Numbered from the whole stretch's first letter, positions 24,605 through 37,171 are shown. The stretch is DNA of 57,306 nucleotides, filler included, from Sphacelaria rigidula (GCA_964200075.2; 7 parts of 7 records of this genome joined end to end with filler, not necessarily neighbours in it); one strand, 5' to 3'. Numbers and translations: made by a program. The notes: generated by a model not told the origin, from the letters alone.

Positions 24605-24967
24605 GTCTTTCGTGCAAGACAGATATGCCACTTCAGCCCCATATTTTGTTTGAACCCCAAAATATAAAATCGGCTGTTAAACCTGAACTGTGAACAGCCA
24701 TGTCTTGGTGCCGATCATAGAAGGACATATCTCTTGTTATACCAGGAGTTCCGCAACGATCCATGCTTGAATGAAAGCCCCGAATATGTGAAACAGATAA
24801 ATATACCAACTATTGCCCATCGTGACGGCATCTGGCAGACATTTCCTTCTCAAGATGGAGTAGATGCTGCCCGAACTTTCCGCTTCGCGGTGGTGTCTTC
24901 CCCTGCACATGTTTTTGGCCGTTTGTCTGGGTGTTGGTAGTGCTGGGACGCGCACAACGCCTTTCAA

Positions 24968-25379
24968 CACGGGATTTTACAAATTGGGGATGTATTTTTT
25001 GGGGGGGTGAGAACCCGGAGAATCAAAATCTTCGTGTCCACACCAAATCTTCGAAACATGGTTCACTTGCAGGTAGCTATTGCCAACGACTACACACCAT
25101 ACAAATTTGGATTTCGATAGCCAAAATGTTGGGGTCCTGAGTGAAAAATCAATTTTGGGGAACGAGCACCTAAATCCCCCAAGATTGTTTTTTCAGCCAG
25201 GACCCCAACATTTCGGTAATCGAAATCCGAATTGGTAGGGTGTGTAGTGGTTGTTAATAGCTACCAGCAAGTGAAGAAATGGGATCATATTTCGAAGATT
25301 TGGTGTAGATACGAAAATATTCGTTCTCCGGGTTCTCATCCCCTCCCCCGAATACATCCCCAACCAGTGAAATCCCGTG
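24968..25379. mobile_element. Foldback MITE with ~200-bp inverted arms, ends CACGG...CCGTG
   Basis: Arms pair imperfectly along almost the whole length; TSD degenerate. Confidence 0.8.
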
Positions 25380-25634
25380 TTTTTCGGCGCTGAAGAAACA
25401 CTCGTTTCAGAAGAGCTCAATATATCGGTATGTAGGTGATGTGCGGCAAGAACGGATCGTGCCATTGTGAAGCGCCGGTTGGAGGGAAAACAACTTCTCA
25501 ATAGAAAAAAGACACGAAAAAAAATGTTGACGATTCAGCGCTGGTTTTCGCCGGAGTACAGTAGTACAGCAGTACGGGGTATCGCGGATTGTGCCACCTC
25601 GGAGTCCGGTACTTTTCCCCCGAAGGATACCGGC

Positions 25635-25830
25635 GCCACTTACTACCTTTTTTCGGACGTTCACTTCGACTTATGGAAGGATTATCGATTCGTCAAACAG
25701 TCCACGAAAAACTTAGAAATCTCTGAAAACACACACCGACGATCTCAGAGAAACAAGGGGGTGATATATTTTGAGTTCATCACCACCAGGACAGCGGAGT
25801 TACCCCGCAGGAAGGACAAGGTAATGCTGT
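25635..25830. mobile_element. Small element with 8-bp TSD ATACCGGC and asymmetric ends
   Basis: Direct repeat at 25627-25634 and 25831-25838; subterminal TACCTT/AAGGTA. Confidence 0.55.
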
Positions 25831-26223
25831 ATACCGGCACATCAAGTCCTTGGCATGGAAGGGAAGAAGGAGTGTGGCTAAACCTACATCAGGAGCGCGT
25901 CTGACGAGCTGTTGCGGGACACGCAATGTTCTATAGAGGGGGGACTGGTGTTTCGAGAAGCCTTTGAACACAATCTCGTCTACGGTCGACAACTATGCTA
26001 TCGATGCCATTGAACAGATGCCGGGGAACGCAGCGCTCGCGGCCGAGCCCTCGATGAAAGAAGTGAAAGAAGCATCGGGTAAGCTGGCAAACGGCAGGGC
26101 TGTTGAGGCTCACAACCTGTATGGAGAACTATCCATGCTCGGCCTCGCCGAGATATCTGCCACACTGAAGTGTCTCCACAACTTGGTGCTTACAGTGTGG
26201 CGTCTGGAAGTAGTGCCACAGGA

Positions 26224-26594
26224 GAGTGATCCTCCGATGGTGGGGGGGGCGTACTCATTTGTTGCTTGTCTTAGTCATTTGACCATTGACCACGCATCCC
26301 TTTCGAGACGGAGCATGATGGACCGATGGTGACGGCCCGATGGTGGGGGGGAGGGGGTTCCACGAAAAAATGGAATCATAGGTGTGTCCGACGACCTAAC
26401 ACACTCGCGGTACGCGTGTATTTAGAGGAAATCGGTGTCAAGCGGAATTAGTGAATGTTATTTATGGGTAACAAGCGCGTTCGAACAACAGCTACCTGCT
26501 GCTTTCGACGACGATTTGAAGTGGAATGTCGTGGAAGAAATGGCCCAAAATACGCCTCCCCGCCCCCCCCCCCGCCCCCATCACAGGTCGACTC
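26224..26594 (-). mobile_element. MITE family M2 (GAG...CTC ends, TSD AGGA/ACGA) containing a LINE-B 3' tip
   Basis: Internal sequence homologous to 52149-52398 in reverse; removal restores PQEWK. Confidence 0.8.
26250..26315 (-). mobile_element. LINE-B 3' tip inserted in the G-run of the M2 TIR
   Basis: Matches LINE-B terminus; CCGATGGTGGGGGGG repeated on both sides. Confidence 0.75.
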
Positions 26595-29500
26595 ACGAAT
26601 GGAAAGACGCTGTCATCACGGAGCTGTTCAAGAAGAAGGAGTATCCCGAAAGTCGCGCCTCTCTTCCTGCCATACGGCATCCAAAGTGCCTATAATTCTA
26701 TTTCATCATCCGTTCCACTGATCCATTACTCTGGCATATTTGCTACCGCGAATTTGTCTTGTATTTTCAGAGCATTCTCATTATGAGGTTATTAAGATGA
26801 GACGCCGTATCGCCGATCCACATCTGCGGAACACATTAAATCTTACACCAGACAAGCAAATGTTTCGCTGTTATAACGGCCGTGCATGGTTCAGTTGGCT
26901 CTAGGTTGCTGAGATTATTCATGGTCACCAAGGTGTACTTGAAGCCATCACCTTCATCGAAGCCATAGGCTTTTAATGGCCTACTTAGGCCAAGATATAG
27001 ATAATCAAAATGAATTACTCCGCCTGGCCGTGCACCATGCACTGCACTGTTTCTCCGAGCGGCCTTGGAACCATCTCGCGAGCTTTCTAATCCACACAAC
27101 GCAGGCACTGTTTGACAAACTCCTTCACCTGACTCTTCATGCGAAGCAAGCGGCAATTCCCTTGTGACCGCTGAAGAGTCACTACGTACCCCCATGACCG
27201 GCTCCTCGCATGTGAGCGCAAACCATGAGAAGTTGTTGCAATTCCTTCGCACCGTCAGGTATTCACATAACGCCCCGTCCCTTCACCTTGATGCGGAAAA
27301 TTCTGTCTCCGTCCTTTACGGCCTTTTCGTGCGGCGTCATGAAAACCGCTGCCTCATGCGCTCTAGTTCTAACTCTTTCGTGTGCACTCTGCTGCACTTG
27401 ACGTACGACCTCTTTCGACGGCATAGTATCGTCAGGTTCGCTCGGCGGAAGCATCGCCGCAACCCTAACCTTCACCGCCGGAGCGTTGATCCACCTTGAC
27501 AGGAAGTCCCCCCAGCGGTTTCTCTCGCCGGATATATGCATGATTGAGTGTTCGAACTGCCCCAGTACCATCATCCATTGCTCCATCCGCTGGGCAGTGG
27601 TATTGGGAAACGGCGAACAGCTCGCATCAGACTTGAAAATGTATGCCAGATTGCGGTGATCGGTGTATACTGTAGACTCACACCCCCCCAGACCAAGTAG
27701 GTCAGCCTTTTACACGTGCTGACGATTGCGAAACCTTCTTTGTCAACAGCCGCCCACCTTCTCTGGTAGCCCTTGACCATACCGCTGAGGAACACGAGCG
27801 GCTCGTGGGGCAAACCCTGCACGGGCACTCCGCGCTGGAGCTCGTCCTGCGGCACCTGTGTCAAGAAGCTTTCCCAATGCTTATCGGACTCATCGGGAAA
27901 TATTAGCACAGCAAATTCATCCTTCGGGTGCGACAGCGCCGCCGCATGCGCCACCAAGTCCTGCGCTGTTATCCACGCCTTGACCATACTAGCTAGCTGT
28001 CTACGCCTCTAGCTTACTCACACGACTCGATGCGATCCGGTTCGTCCGACGCGGCGCCGACATCATGTATTCCTCCATCAAGCGTTGGAGAGGTTCCACT
28101 ACCTCCCCCAGTCGCGGCAGCAACATCCGCATCCAATTGACGGCTTGCAGAAATTGCACCAACTCTCCCGCTGTCTCAGGCCTCGGTATGTACACGGAGT
28201 CTTGTAGGCGATCAGGATCGTGGATCACTTGTCCATCGAAGTACACTTCGCCGCACCAAGTGATCTTGATGTTAAGAAAAATACACTTTTGCGCAGCGGC
28301 GAAAATGCCCTTGGACTTCAAACGAAGAATTTCTTTCGTGGTATTCAGTAAATTTGTTTCGTCAACTCCCCACCACAAGAATGTCTTCGCTCCAAACCAC
28401 AAAGTTCCATCCGTGCAATTTTCCCGTCATTGCCGCTTGAAAGTATTCCGTGGCGTTCAGCACCCCTCGCGGGACGCGCGTGGGCGTAAGCAGCTCTTCC
28501 GGTGTGACGATGGTGAACGACTCACGCACGCTCTCCCCCGACGGCATTTTTCAGGACCCTTGCAGTAGATCAATCTTGCCGAAAGAAAGTGCGCCTTTCA
28601 GCGCCGACATCTGTGCCTCCTGGTTGAGCATCACATTGGGAACCTTCTCACATTGAAGATCGCCGCGCTATAATCACTAACCAGAGGAAACTCTCCCGCT
28701 CTGCCCGGCTTGGGCACCGCCTTTGCCGGGCTTGCCCAAACCGCTGGCAGAGTTCGAACAACCACCCCCATTGCAACCAGAGCCGCCATACACACAGACA
28801 GCCACATAGTCTTGGTGGGGGAGTACACATCCACCTCCGCCTTGACTAGACGTGCACCCCGATTGAGAGTCATCTTCATGGGCTTGACCTTCCCACGAGG
28901 GTCACCCCGGAGCGTACGCAGGAACGCGTCCAACTGCCGTCCAGGGATCTCTGTAAGGCGCGTCGCACCCGCCGGCGACAGGCCGTTATCCACTGCTTCC
29001 TGAACCGCGTGATCCAGGGCTACCGCGCGCTGGACTTCCTCCTTCTCCGGGGCCATGGACATGTTGGGCCCCCGGGCCAACGTTCGAGTCACAGTCTCAT
29101 CATGCAGGGCTACCGGTTCCTTGTCGACGGGGTGCTGCAGCGCCTATCCCGCCGCAGCGACAAGCTGACATTTATAGAACGCCGGATTCTCCACTGCCTT
29201 CACGGAGGCGATACGTTTCTGGTGCGCATGGACAGGAAGACTGCCGTACACGTGGATTCCCATTTTCTTCCAGGGGGGCGCCTATCAAAAGAATCGTGCC
29301 ATCGTCGCGAGGAATCACCGCGAAACGGAGCGCTTTCAGCACCACAGGACCACACTCCGTGTGCAAAGCCAACCGCAACGTGCAAGTGTTTTGCTTGGTG
29401 AACATCAAATTACCATCCACCAATTCAACACAGTGCGCACCCTCCGTGTGCTGCGTTACGGGAATACGTGAAAAGCACACCTGCAGCTTGCGCACGACGC

Positions 29501-30297
29501 GTTTCGACACAGACGACGGGTCTTACCCGGAGCCCGACACCGTCCGCACCGGGCACACCGCAGATCCGGCGTTGCCCGGCGCAGACGAATCAGCCAGGCA
29601 CCAAGTGTCATCGCGATCCATGTCGACGCCCTCGGCATGCAGGTGCGCAACTCAATGAGCTGCCTGAAATCTTCACGCCGGAAGCGACGTAGCTCCGGAC
29701 CATGCAGTTGTCTCTGTATCAGGAAGAGGCCGTGTGGAAAGCGCCGCGGTCACCCCATCGCACGCATCTTACTTCGTCTCCTCCGAAAACGCGGCTCGAC
29801 CTTGGACGAACGAGTGCACACCTTGATTTTGACCACCGCGCTGATGCTGACCCACTGGCGCCGTCGGTGCGTAGCCCGCCACCTGTTGAGGCTGCGCCTG
29901 CGATTGATTGAATCCTGGCGATATGGCCGCAGGCTTACCCCTAAAATTCCCAGCCGATGCCTTCCAATAGTCACGAGCATCATACCCGGGCTTGTCGCAG
30001 GTCCAGAAAGCGCCGGGGGAAGCCAACTCGCGAAGTTTCTCACCTCCAGAACGCCGGCCCAACTTGTAATCCGAGTCACCGGGTTGCGCTTCTTTGTCGG
30101 GTTTGACGCCAGCACCACGAGCATCTCCGCACGCCTTGCGGTCTTGGTCAGCCCTTTCCATCTTGCGCCACTCATCCGCTGCCTCAGACATCGTTTGCAA
30201 CACCAACTCACGGTCATGTTTCCATTTGCCCCGCATTTGCAGGGACACAACAACCGTCGACTTGAACTGCGCGGGAAAAATGCCTTCGACCAGCGCC

Positions 30298-30473
30298 TTC
30301 GGGATGCCCCGCGCAGGGCCCGACCGCCATTCATCCCATTGATTGATTGATTGATTGATTGATTGTCGCACTTTAACTGACCCCTCGCGAGGGATCAGTT
30401 AAAGTGCGACAATCAATCAATCAATCAATCAATGGGATGAATGGCTGTCGGACCCTGCGCAGGGCATCCCGAA
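30298..30473. repeat. 176-bp palindrome: inverted pair of (AATC)n-tailed retroposon tips plus inverted duplication of ~43 bp of gag
   Basis: Centre TCGCGA at 30385-30390; outer arms differ at 3 of ~43 positions. Confidence 0.9.
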
Positions 30474-31192
30474 TGAGATGTCGAAAAAGCGCTGTCACGT
30501 TCGAATTTTCGGCCAGATAGAACCCCAGCGCGTTGTGGAGCGCATCGACTCGCGCGGACGCCGAAGTTCCATGCTTCATGGTGGCTGCCCGGGCCACACG
30601 CGCTGCAGCGACAACGGAATCGCTGTAGTCCCAGCATGTTGTGACATGCCTTCTCTAAGTTGATTGTCCGGTAATTCCCTACGGCTGGCGATACACTTGC
30701 GTGCAAGGCATTTCCTGACGTGTTTTGGCAGCAATTCTGACGTCGTCATTTCCTGCCGCGTCAAGGCCTTTCCAACGTTGCTGAGTTTCACGACGCGTTC
30801 ATATTCTTCATATTGCGAAACGAAACGTTGTGACGCTGATTTCGACAAAATCTTGTTATGCTCAGGCGGCTTTTGTGCAGAGTCGAGAACGACCTCACTT
30901 CCATTCACCCGCTGGTGATCTTCATCTTCACGTGCAGGGCTGCCTGTACCTCGGCCTCGCCCTGACATACTGTTTGTTGCTGTTGCCACAGCTCCTCTTG
31001 CCGCGATCGCACCAGACTCTCGCACCGAATGGGATTAGAGGTACGTACTCAGTCTGCTGCTGTATAGCTGAAAACCTCCGACCAATCTTTGCTGAGACCG
31101 CTAGACTAACTAGTTCTTGTGGAACCTGCGTAAATCGCGGGAGGCTTGCTGTTCTCTGACGAGCCCTTAAGTTAGTTTCCTAACCTCAAAGT

Positions 31193-31380
31193 TGTGAGAC
31201 CATTGGATACCACACCATACAGCTATTCATTTATTCAGGACGAACCACGACGAGGTATTCATATCATCGTCGAAGTAATGCCGCATTTCTCTCTACACAT
31301 GAAGCCACCACGTTCTGTGAGCCAGTCATATACAACCTAGTGAACGGCCGCAATAGTTCTGTGTCCTGCTTTAGTCCACA
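31193..31380 (-). repeat. Putative 5' LTR of Gypsy B
   Basis: TGTGAGAC...GTCCACA termini just upstream of gag; partner LTR absent. Confidence 0.5.
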
Positions 31381-31929
31381 AGCAGGACGTCAAAGTCTAT
31401 AGAACGTGATGGGAAATACTACAGTTTCAGCACCTGCACGATGAAGGTATTTGATCTTGGCTCATTTCCATGATGTTTCTTAGGACCGGGCCGCGTCCGT
31501 GCAAACCCAGCAATATTTTCCTAGATGATCTGTGTAGTATACCACATGGCACTGCAGCTTCTGACTGATAGCATTTTAGAACACCCGAACATCGATCGCC
31601 TGTCACATACCCATACAAAGATGTACAAACAACGTCAGTCGTTCCGCTGTTGGCTTCCGCCAGGAGTCAACGGACCACGTAGACTGACAATCGAATGATG
31701 AAGCCGCACTACAACTTGCGGTTGGGGTGTGTGTATCCCAAAGCCATCCGTCAGAGGGAGTGCCCTCGTTATGAGTTGACAGCATCCAGAAGTGACTGGC
31801 GTTGGCATGCACCCTCTCAAGCCAAATCCCGTGACAATCAACAATCAAATTATCCTCAACCCGCTTATTGCGAAGTGCGAAGATGTGCCAACACGATCGC
31901 ACCTTTAGAGCTAGGCTACCAGTGCGGCG

Positions 31930-32630
31930 AGTGCTCTTGTTAGTTGTTGGCGTTCTTGGTTTTCGGTTGTGCTCTGCTAGTACTGCTCTCTTCCCCTTCG
32001 AGTTACTGATCATTTCACCATTCTGTGTTCTTAGCGTGACCATTCCCTTGTCTGTTTCTCCCGCCAGCTTGCCCAGAATCCCCTTCATCCCTACCCACAT
32101 TTGCTTCATCGCGCCATCAAAATCTTCATCTGTTTACTGACTACATATTTCCGCATTCTCTTCTTTTCCTCCTCTACCATCTTTTTTACCTCCTTTCTAG
32201 CGTCAGCGTACTCCGCCCTCCCGCCCGTAGTTTATCTCGATGTACATCTTTCATGGGCCTCTCTCCCTACTCCCATGACCTCTTTTACTTCCTCGTCCCA
32301 CCATTTTTGTACTCAGTCGCATAAGATCGGCTTCCCCATGATTTCAATTGCCGCCATGGTCTCGACCGATTGCTCACATCCTTCCATAATCTTGGCTCTT
32401 GCACGATCCCTTTCCAATTCGGTGTCAGGTGTACCTACGCTTTCCAATAGCTCCGAGAATCTGACTACATTTTGGGTAATCTCTTCTCGGAACTCTTGCT
32501 GTTTTCTTTTATTTCTAGTTTGTCTGATCTCCATTTGAACATTTACGTGCCCCGCCCTTTTCTTGTTGCTTTTGTCTGTTGGTTGTCTGTCCATATTTTC
32601 CGATGATCTGTAGTTCCCAAGTCCTCTGCG
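31930..32630 (-). mobile_element. LINE-B internal fragment
   Basis: KQMWVGMKGILGK...LRTQNGEMISNSKGKRAVLAEH homologous to 36960-37170 and 38960-39430. Confidence 0.75.
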
Positions 32631-32705
32631 CATGCATAACAGTGTTTCCGTGAGATTGAGAGTAGATGATACGATTGAGAGTGGCTTTGATCATTCGCTT
32701 TAAGT

Positions 32706-32805
32706 NNNNNNNNNNNNNNNNNNNNNNNNNNNNNNNNNNNNNNNNNNNNTTAATTAATTAANNNNNNNNNNNNNNNNNNNNNNNNNNNNNNNNNNNNNNN
32801 NNNNN
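32706..32805. other. Artificial contig linker
   Basis: Same pattern. Confidence 0.98.
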
Positions 32806-35677
32806 GGGATATCTCCAGCACATTGGAATAGTAATCCTGGCCTACTCTCGCATATTTTCATAAGTCGTGTTTTGGATGAGGTGAGGGGCTCCTAATCTAA
32901 CCTCAGAAATTATTTCTGTACCCCTACCGTAGCATCACTCTGGTAACACCTAGCGTTCTGCGTGACAGCGTCCGACAGTTGCATGATGGTGTAGAAACTG
33001 TTATCTTCCTTTCAATCGTCACTTCCTGACCTACAAACGATAAGGTGTATTCTACTGCCCAAAAGTTGGAAGTACGCCACTGCATAACGGCTTTCGGGAA
33101 TGCACTTGGGTATGTCCATTTGGCGTTCGAACCTTTCTGACACAGAATCGATGAGGTCATACAGTCTCCAAACAAAAGCACTACAACCAGATTCGCACTG
33201 TTAGGAACACACGGAACATGAACTCATTTGTGCAAAGTGTTGACGAAATACAGCATGAGATTTTTTTTATCATATGCCATCAGATTATGCTAGATGAAAT
33301 GTTGGTGGGAAGGGGATCCTGGAGAATGAAAATTGATTATCGTTATGGGAATGACGAAAAACAAAGGTGTGGCTCGTTGTGCGTAATGGTACCCCTCCGA
33401 GGCATGAGGAGACTGAAGACCCCAGGCAGGTTGAGGAACTGAGCCTAGACGTTATGTTACCACTTTGAAAATGAAACGCGGGTTGTTTCCACCGGATCAC
33501 GAGCGTTACATGTTCGGGCCGGGGAATTGTTTTCCCCTCTGGTTCGGCAAGTCGAACTGCATTGCTCCTGAAATTTAAGATCACTAAATAGCCTTTTTCA
33601 GAGCATTTACGTACACTCCATGTGCATTGTTTCCTTGGTGGTCTTGGGGGAACCGTTGCGTTTGACGAACGTTTGAGGAGGATGGTTTCCGAAATATCTC
33701 ATCGTCAGGTAGTGAGTGGCACAACCAGTTGTTGAGAACCTGTCGGGAATACTTACATGGTCTACGTCAGCGTAGGGAATATGCCAAATCGCACAACTCC
33801 GAGCACCAGATATCTCTCGTCGTTCCCAAAAAGAGGGGTTCGTTTTCATTTTTCAGGAGGTCCCTGTTGGGTACTGACCAGCTACAAGGGTTTGGTGGTG
33901 ATTTGAGTGTCTCACGATTCCTTCCGCCGTCGCATGGCGATAGATTCGTTCTCCGACCTGGTACGCCCTGCAGGAGGGGACCCCCGAAACGGACAGGATT
34001 CTTGGCGCGGCTGTCCTGGGGGATGGCTCGATTGTACTCGCCGGGTTAACCCGGGGAGACTGGGCCGAAACAAACGCTGGGGGTTCCGACTTCTGTGCGG
34101 CGAGACTGGACTCCGACGGGATCGTTTTGTGGCGATGGCAGGTAGGCTAGACACCACTGCCGAGGTGCACAGGAAGCGAAGGGGGAACGGGGAATCGGTA
34201 GCTGAACGCACAATGTGTACACGGCGTGTAGCACGTAGGAAGCGTGAGGTTGCTGAAAGGGTATACGCAGACGATTATAGGCGAGACTCTCATGCTCAGG
34301 GCGAGTTTTGGTGGGTGTCAAATTATGCGTTGACTGAAACTTGGAAACAAAACAACGGCACGCAACGGAAAGGGTAGGAGAGCGGCGGGGGGAAGGGGGG
34401 GAAGGGTACTCATTTGTTGCTTGCCTCGGTCGTTTGACCATTGACCACAAATCACTCTCTAGACGGGGCATCGTTCCTACTCCTAATACAGACACCTTTA
34501 ACATTCCGGTGCTCATTACGTTTCTTTCATACACTACACGAAATCATTTTACGTATCTTATCCCCGTCTTGTTTTGCCGTCTGTGGCCACCATCTATCTC
34601 CTAGTAAAACCAAAGCTTTCTCCCTACTGTCTAATGCCTCAAACGATTCCATGCTACCTTCGTTCACGTCCCGCATTTCTCCCTCTATTAATAGCACGTC
34701 CCGTTTCTCCTTGTATCGTTCACATCCTGCAACTATGTGAGTTCTGCTCTCTATTGCTTTGTCACAGGGGCGTTTCTGTCCATCTACGTCCTCCTCCTCT
34801 CGACTACTGGTATATATCTTACTTCTTTCTGGCGGGTCCAGGTCTCCCACCAGAAATCGCAGTTTTGAAACTTTTCACTGCCTCTATTGGGCCATGCAGA
34901 TATTTTTTCATGCCTATCCCCTTTGTCAACCCCCCGTATACCTTTAGGTATTCTCCCCTGCCTACTTCGCGGCTGAGCGCTTCTTTTTCTCTTATTTTTG
35001 TCTTGTACCCCGCGGCTTCACCTATGGATAATATTTCGTCTTGGTTTCCTCCTGTCTGTTTCCATACTTCTTGACTACTTTATCCCACCTTATTCCAGCA
35101 CCCCCTTTCGTTACTTTCTTCCATACAGCCCTATTGAACTACGGCTGACAATCCCTTTCTCTTCATGTTCTTTACGCTATGTTGCCATCTCAATTTTCGC
35201 ATGCCTCTTCTTGTTTCAATTGGGTGTATATTCCTAACTCTGCTCTCAAAACTGTATCACTCATCGCTTTTGAGTATCAAGGTATTTTCTTAGCGACTGC
35301 CATCTGTACTGCTTCCAACCGCTCCACCAACTTTCCGTCCCCCTCCCATACTTCTCCTGCATATTCCAGCGTTGGTACGATCACGTTCATTGGAATGCAT
35401 CTCTCATCCTCGTATCTAGGTGCGAGTCTCTGAAGATCACGTCCATCCTGCCTATCTGCGCCTTACCCTTTTCTGTCACTTTCATTATGTGTGCATCCCA
35501 AGAACAGTTTTCGAGATCTCTACGTCAAGGTATTTATACTGGTCCACGATCGGCAATTCCTCTTCTGCCCACTTTCTTCTGAACTACTGTGTCATAGGCA
35601 TTTCGTACGTCCAAAAAGAAGCAGTACATTGTCAGCTCGACGTCTCTCCTACCTTGAATATCTTCCCTGCTGTGTGC

Positions 35678-36493
35678 GAGCTGGGCCAGCCTAGAGGCGG
35701 ATTTGAAGTTTGCAGGCCCATGCTCTTTTATACATTTAGAGTTGGACCCTGAATTTTTGTATGGGCAATGCACAGGGCATAAATATATGTTATATATATA
35801 TATATAGGTACCATTTTTTTTTTTAGTTGAAGGCATTTCACTGATACCTGAAATTGATTATTTTCCTCACCTCACGAAAAAAAACCCTTTGGTACCGAGG
35901 TACTTTGTTTTCCAAATTTTAGGTTCTAACTCTAAATGTATAAAAGAGCATGAGCCTATCAAAAACCGGGTCGGTAGAAATTCGGAACAGTATTTCGAAG
36001 GCGACTCACCGGCCCACGTTCGGTTTTCGTGTATTGAAATTATGTGTGGGCGCTCTCTAAGGCATAATGTACAAAGAAAAATGGGTCAGGTTGATTTGTT
36101 GTGATTTTTTTTCACTGGTTTAGGGCGTTCTACTATAGTAAAGACCATTCCTTCACGAGAACGCCCTAACCTCTATGAAAAGAAATATGTGAAGCTCATT
36201 TTTTTTCCGGCACTCTTTTGTGGTTCTCCACACCAAAATTCGTCGCCATCCGCTATGTGCATCGATCGGGAGTTTCATAAGAGATTTTAGTATTGGCGCT
36301 ATCTACCTTAGGTATAGGAGTTACTAGACATAAGGTTTACTCAACGAGAAAATATGGGCCCAAACATTTGAGCAGATGGGCACCTTCCCTTTGATTAGAC
36401 AATTAATACGATATGCGGATCACGGCCCAACTCGTCTGTGTCGATGAGATATTGCTTTTAGAGCTTGAATCCGTTTTTAGGCTGGCCAAGCTC
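35678..36493. mobile_element. Non-autonomous TIR element, GAG...CTC ends, 4-bp TSD GTGC/GTAC
   Basis: TIR GAGCTGGGCCAGCCTA / TAGGCTGGCCAAGCTC; removal restores EHVYT of the LINE RT. Confidence 0.8.
35715..35956. mobile_element. Nested MITE with ~42-bp TIRs
   Basis: GGCCCATGCTCTTTTATACATTTAGAGTT / AACTCTAAATGTATAAAAGAGCATGAGCC. Confidence 0.8.
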
Positions 36494-37171
36494 GTACACA
36501 TGTTCTATGCAACTGGGGTTTGGTCTAAATCCTGCTTGCCCCTAACTGATTTCTTCTTCTTTTCTTTGTATCGTCCCTACTCCATCGTTCAGAATCTTAC
36601 ACAATTTTTTCCCTACCGTGCTCAGTAGCGTTATTCCTATACACTTTCCTGGGTCAGCCTTGTCTCCTTTTTGGAAAGATTGAACACTACTCCTTCTCCC
36701 CACCTCCTGGGTGTGTACTCTTTTTTTTAGATCCAATTATACAGCATAATCATCATGGTGATCATTCCCTCTCCCCCGTATTTTAGAAACTCACTCACTA
36801 TTTCCTCTGCTCCTGCTGCCTTTCTGTTCTTGAGTTTAGCTACACACTCCTTTACTTCATCTCTGATAAACACTCTCTGCACTTCTATCAAGCCACTATC
36901 CTCCCATTTCGACGTCTCTACATTTGCCTCTGCCCACGTGTTGATTTATTTTTCGAATTCTATGTCGAACTCCGTGTTAGTTTTTGATGTTCCTAGTTTA
37001 CGGTAGTGCTCGACTAGTACTTATTTCTTCCCCTTCGAACTATTGACTATTTTAGCCTTCTGCGCCCGTAGTATGGTTATCACGTTGTCTATCTTTCCTA
37101 CCTGGTTTCCCATGATCCCTTTTATCCTTACCCATATTTTTTTCACCCCGCAATCGAAGTCTGAAATCTTC

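Larger units (their letters stand above)
25940..26645 (+). mobile_element. RTE-type LINE fragment interrupted by a MITE
   Basis: EPSMKEVKEASGKLANGRAV...LTVWRLEVVPQE|WKDAVITELFKK, homologous to 44260-44560. Confidence 0.85.
26836..31380 (-). mobile_element. Decayed Ty3/Gypsy retrotransposon B (3'-truncated), related to element C
   Basis: gag 31025-29769; RT (VPRGVLNATEYFQ); RNase H (FPDESDKHWESFLTQV, DKEGFAIV); HISGERNRWGDFLSRW; integrase (HFDYLYLG). Confidence 0.92.
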
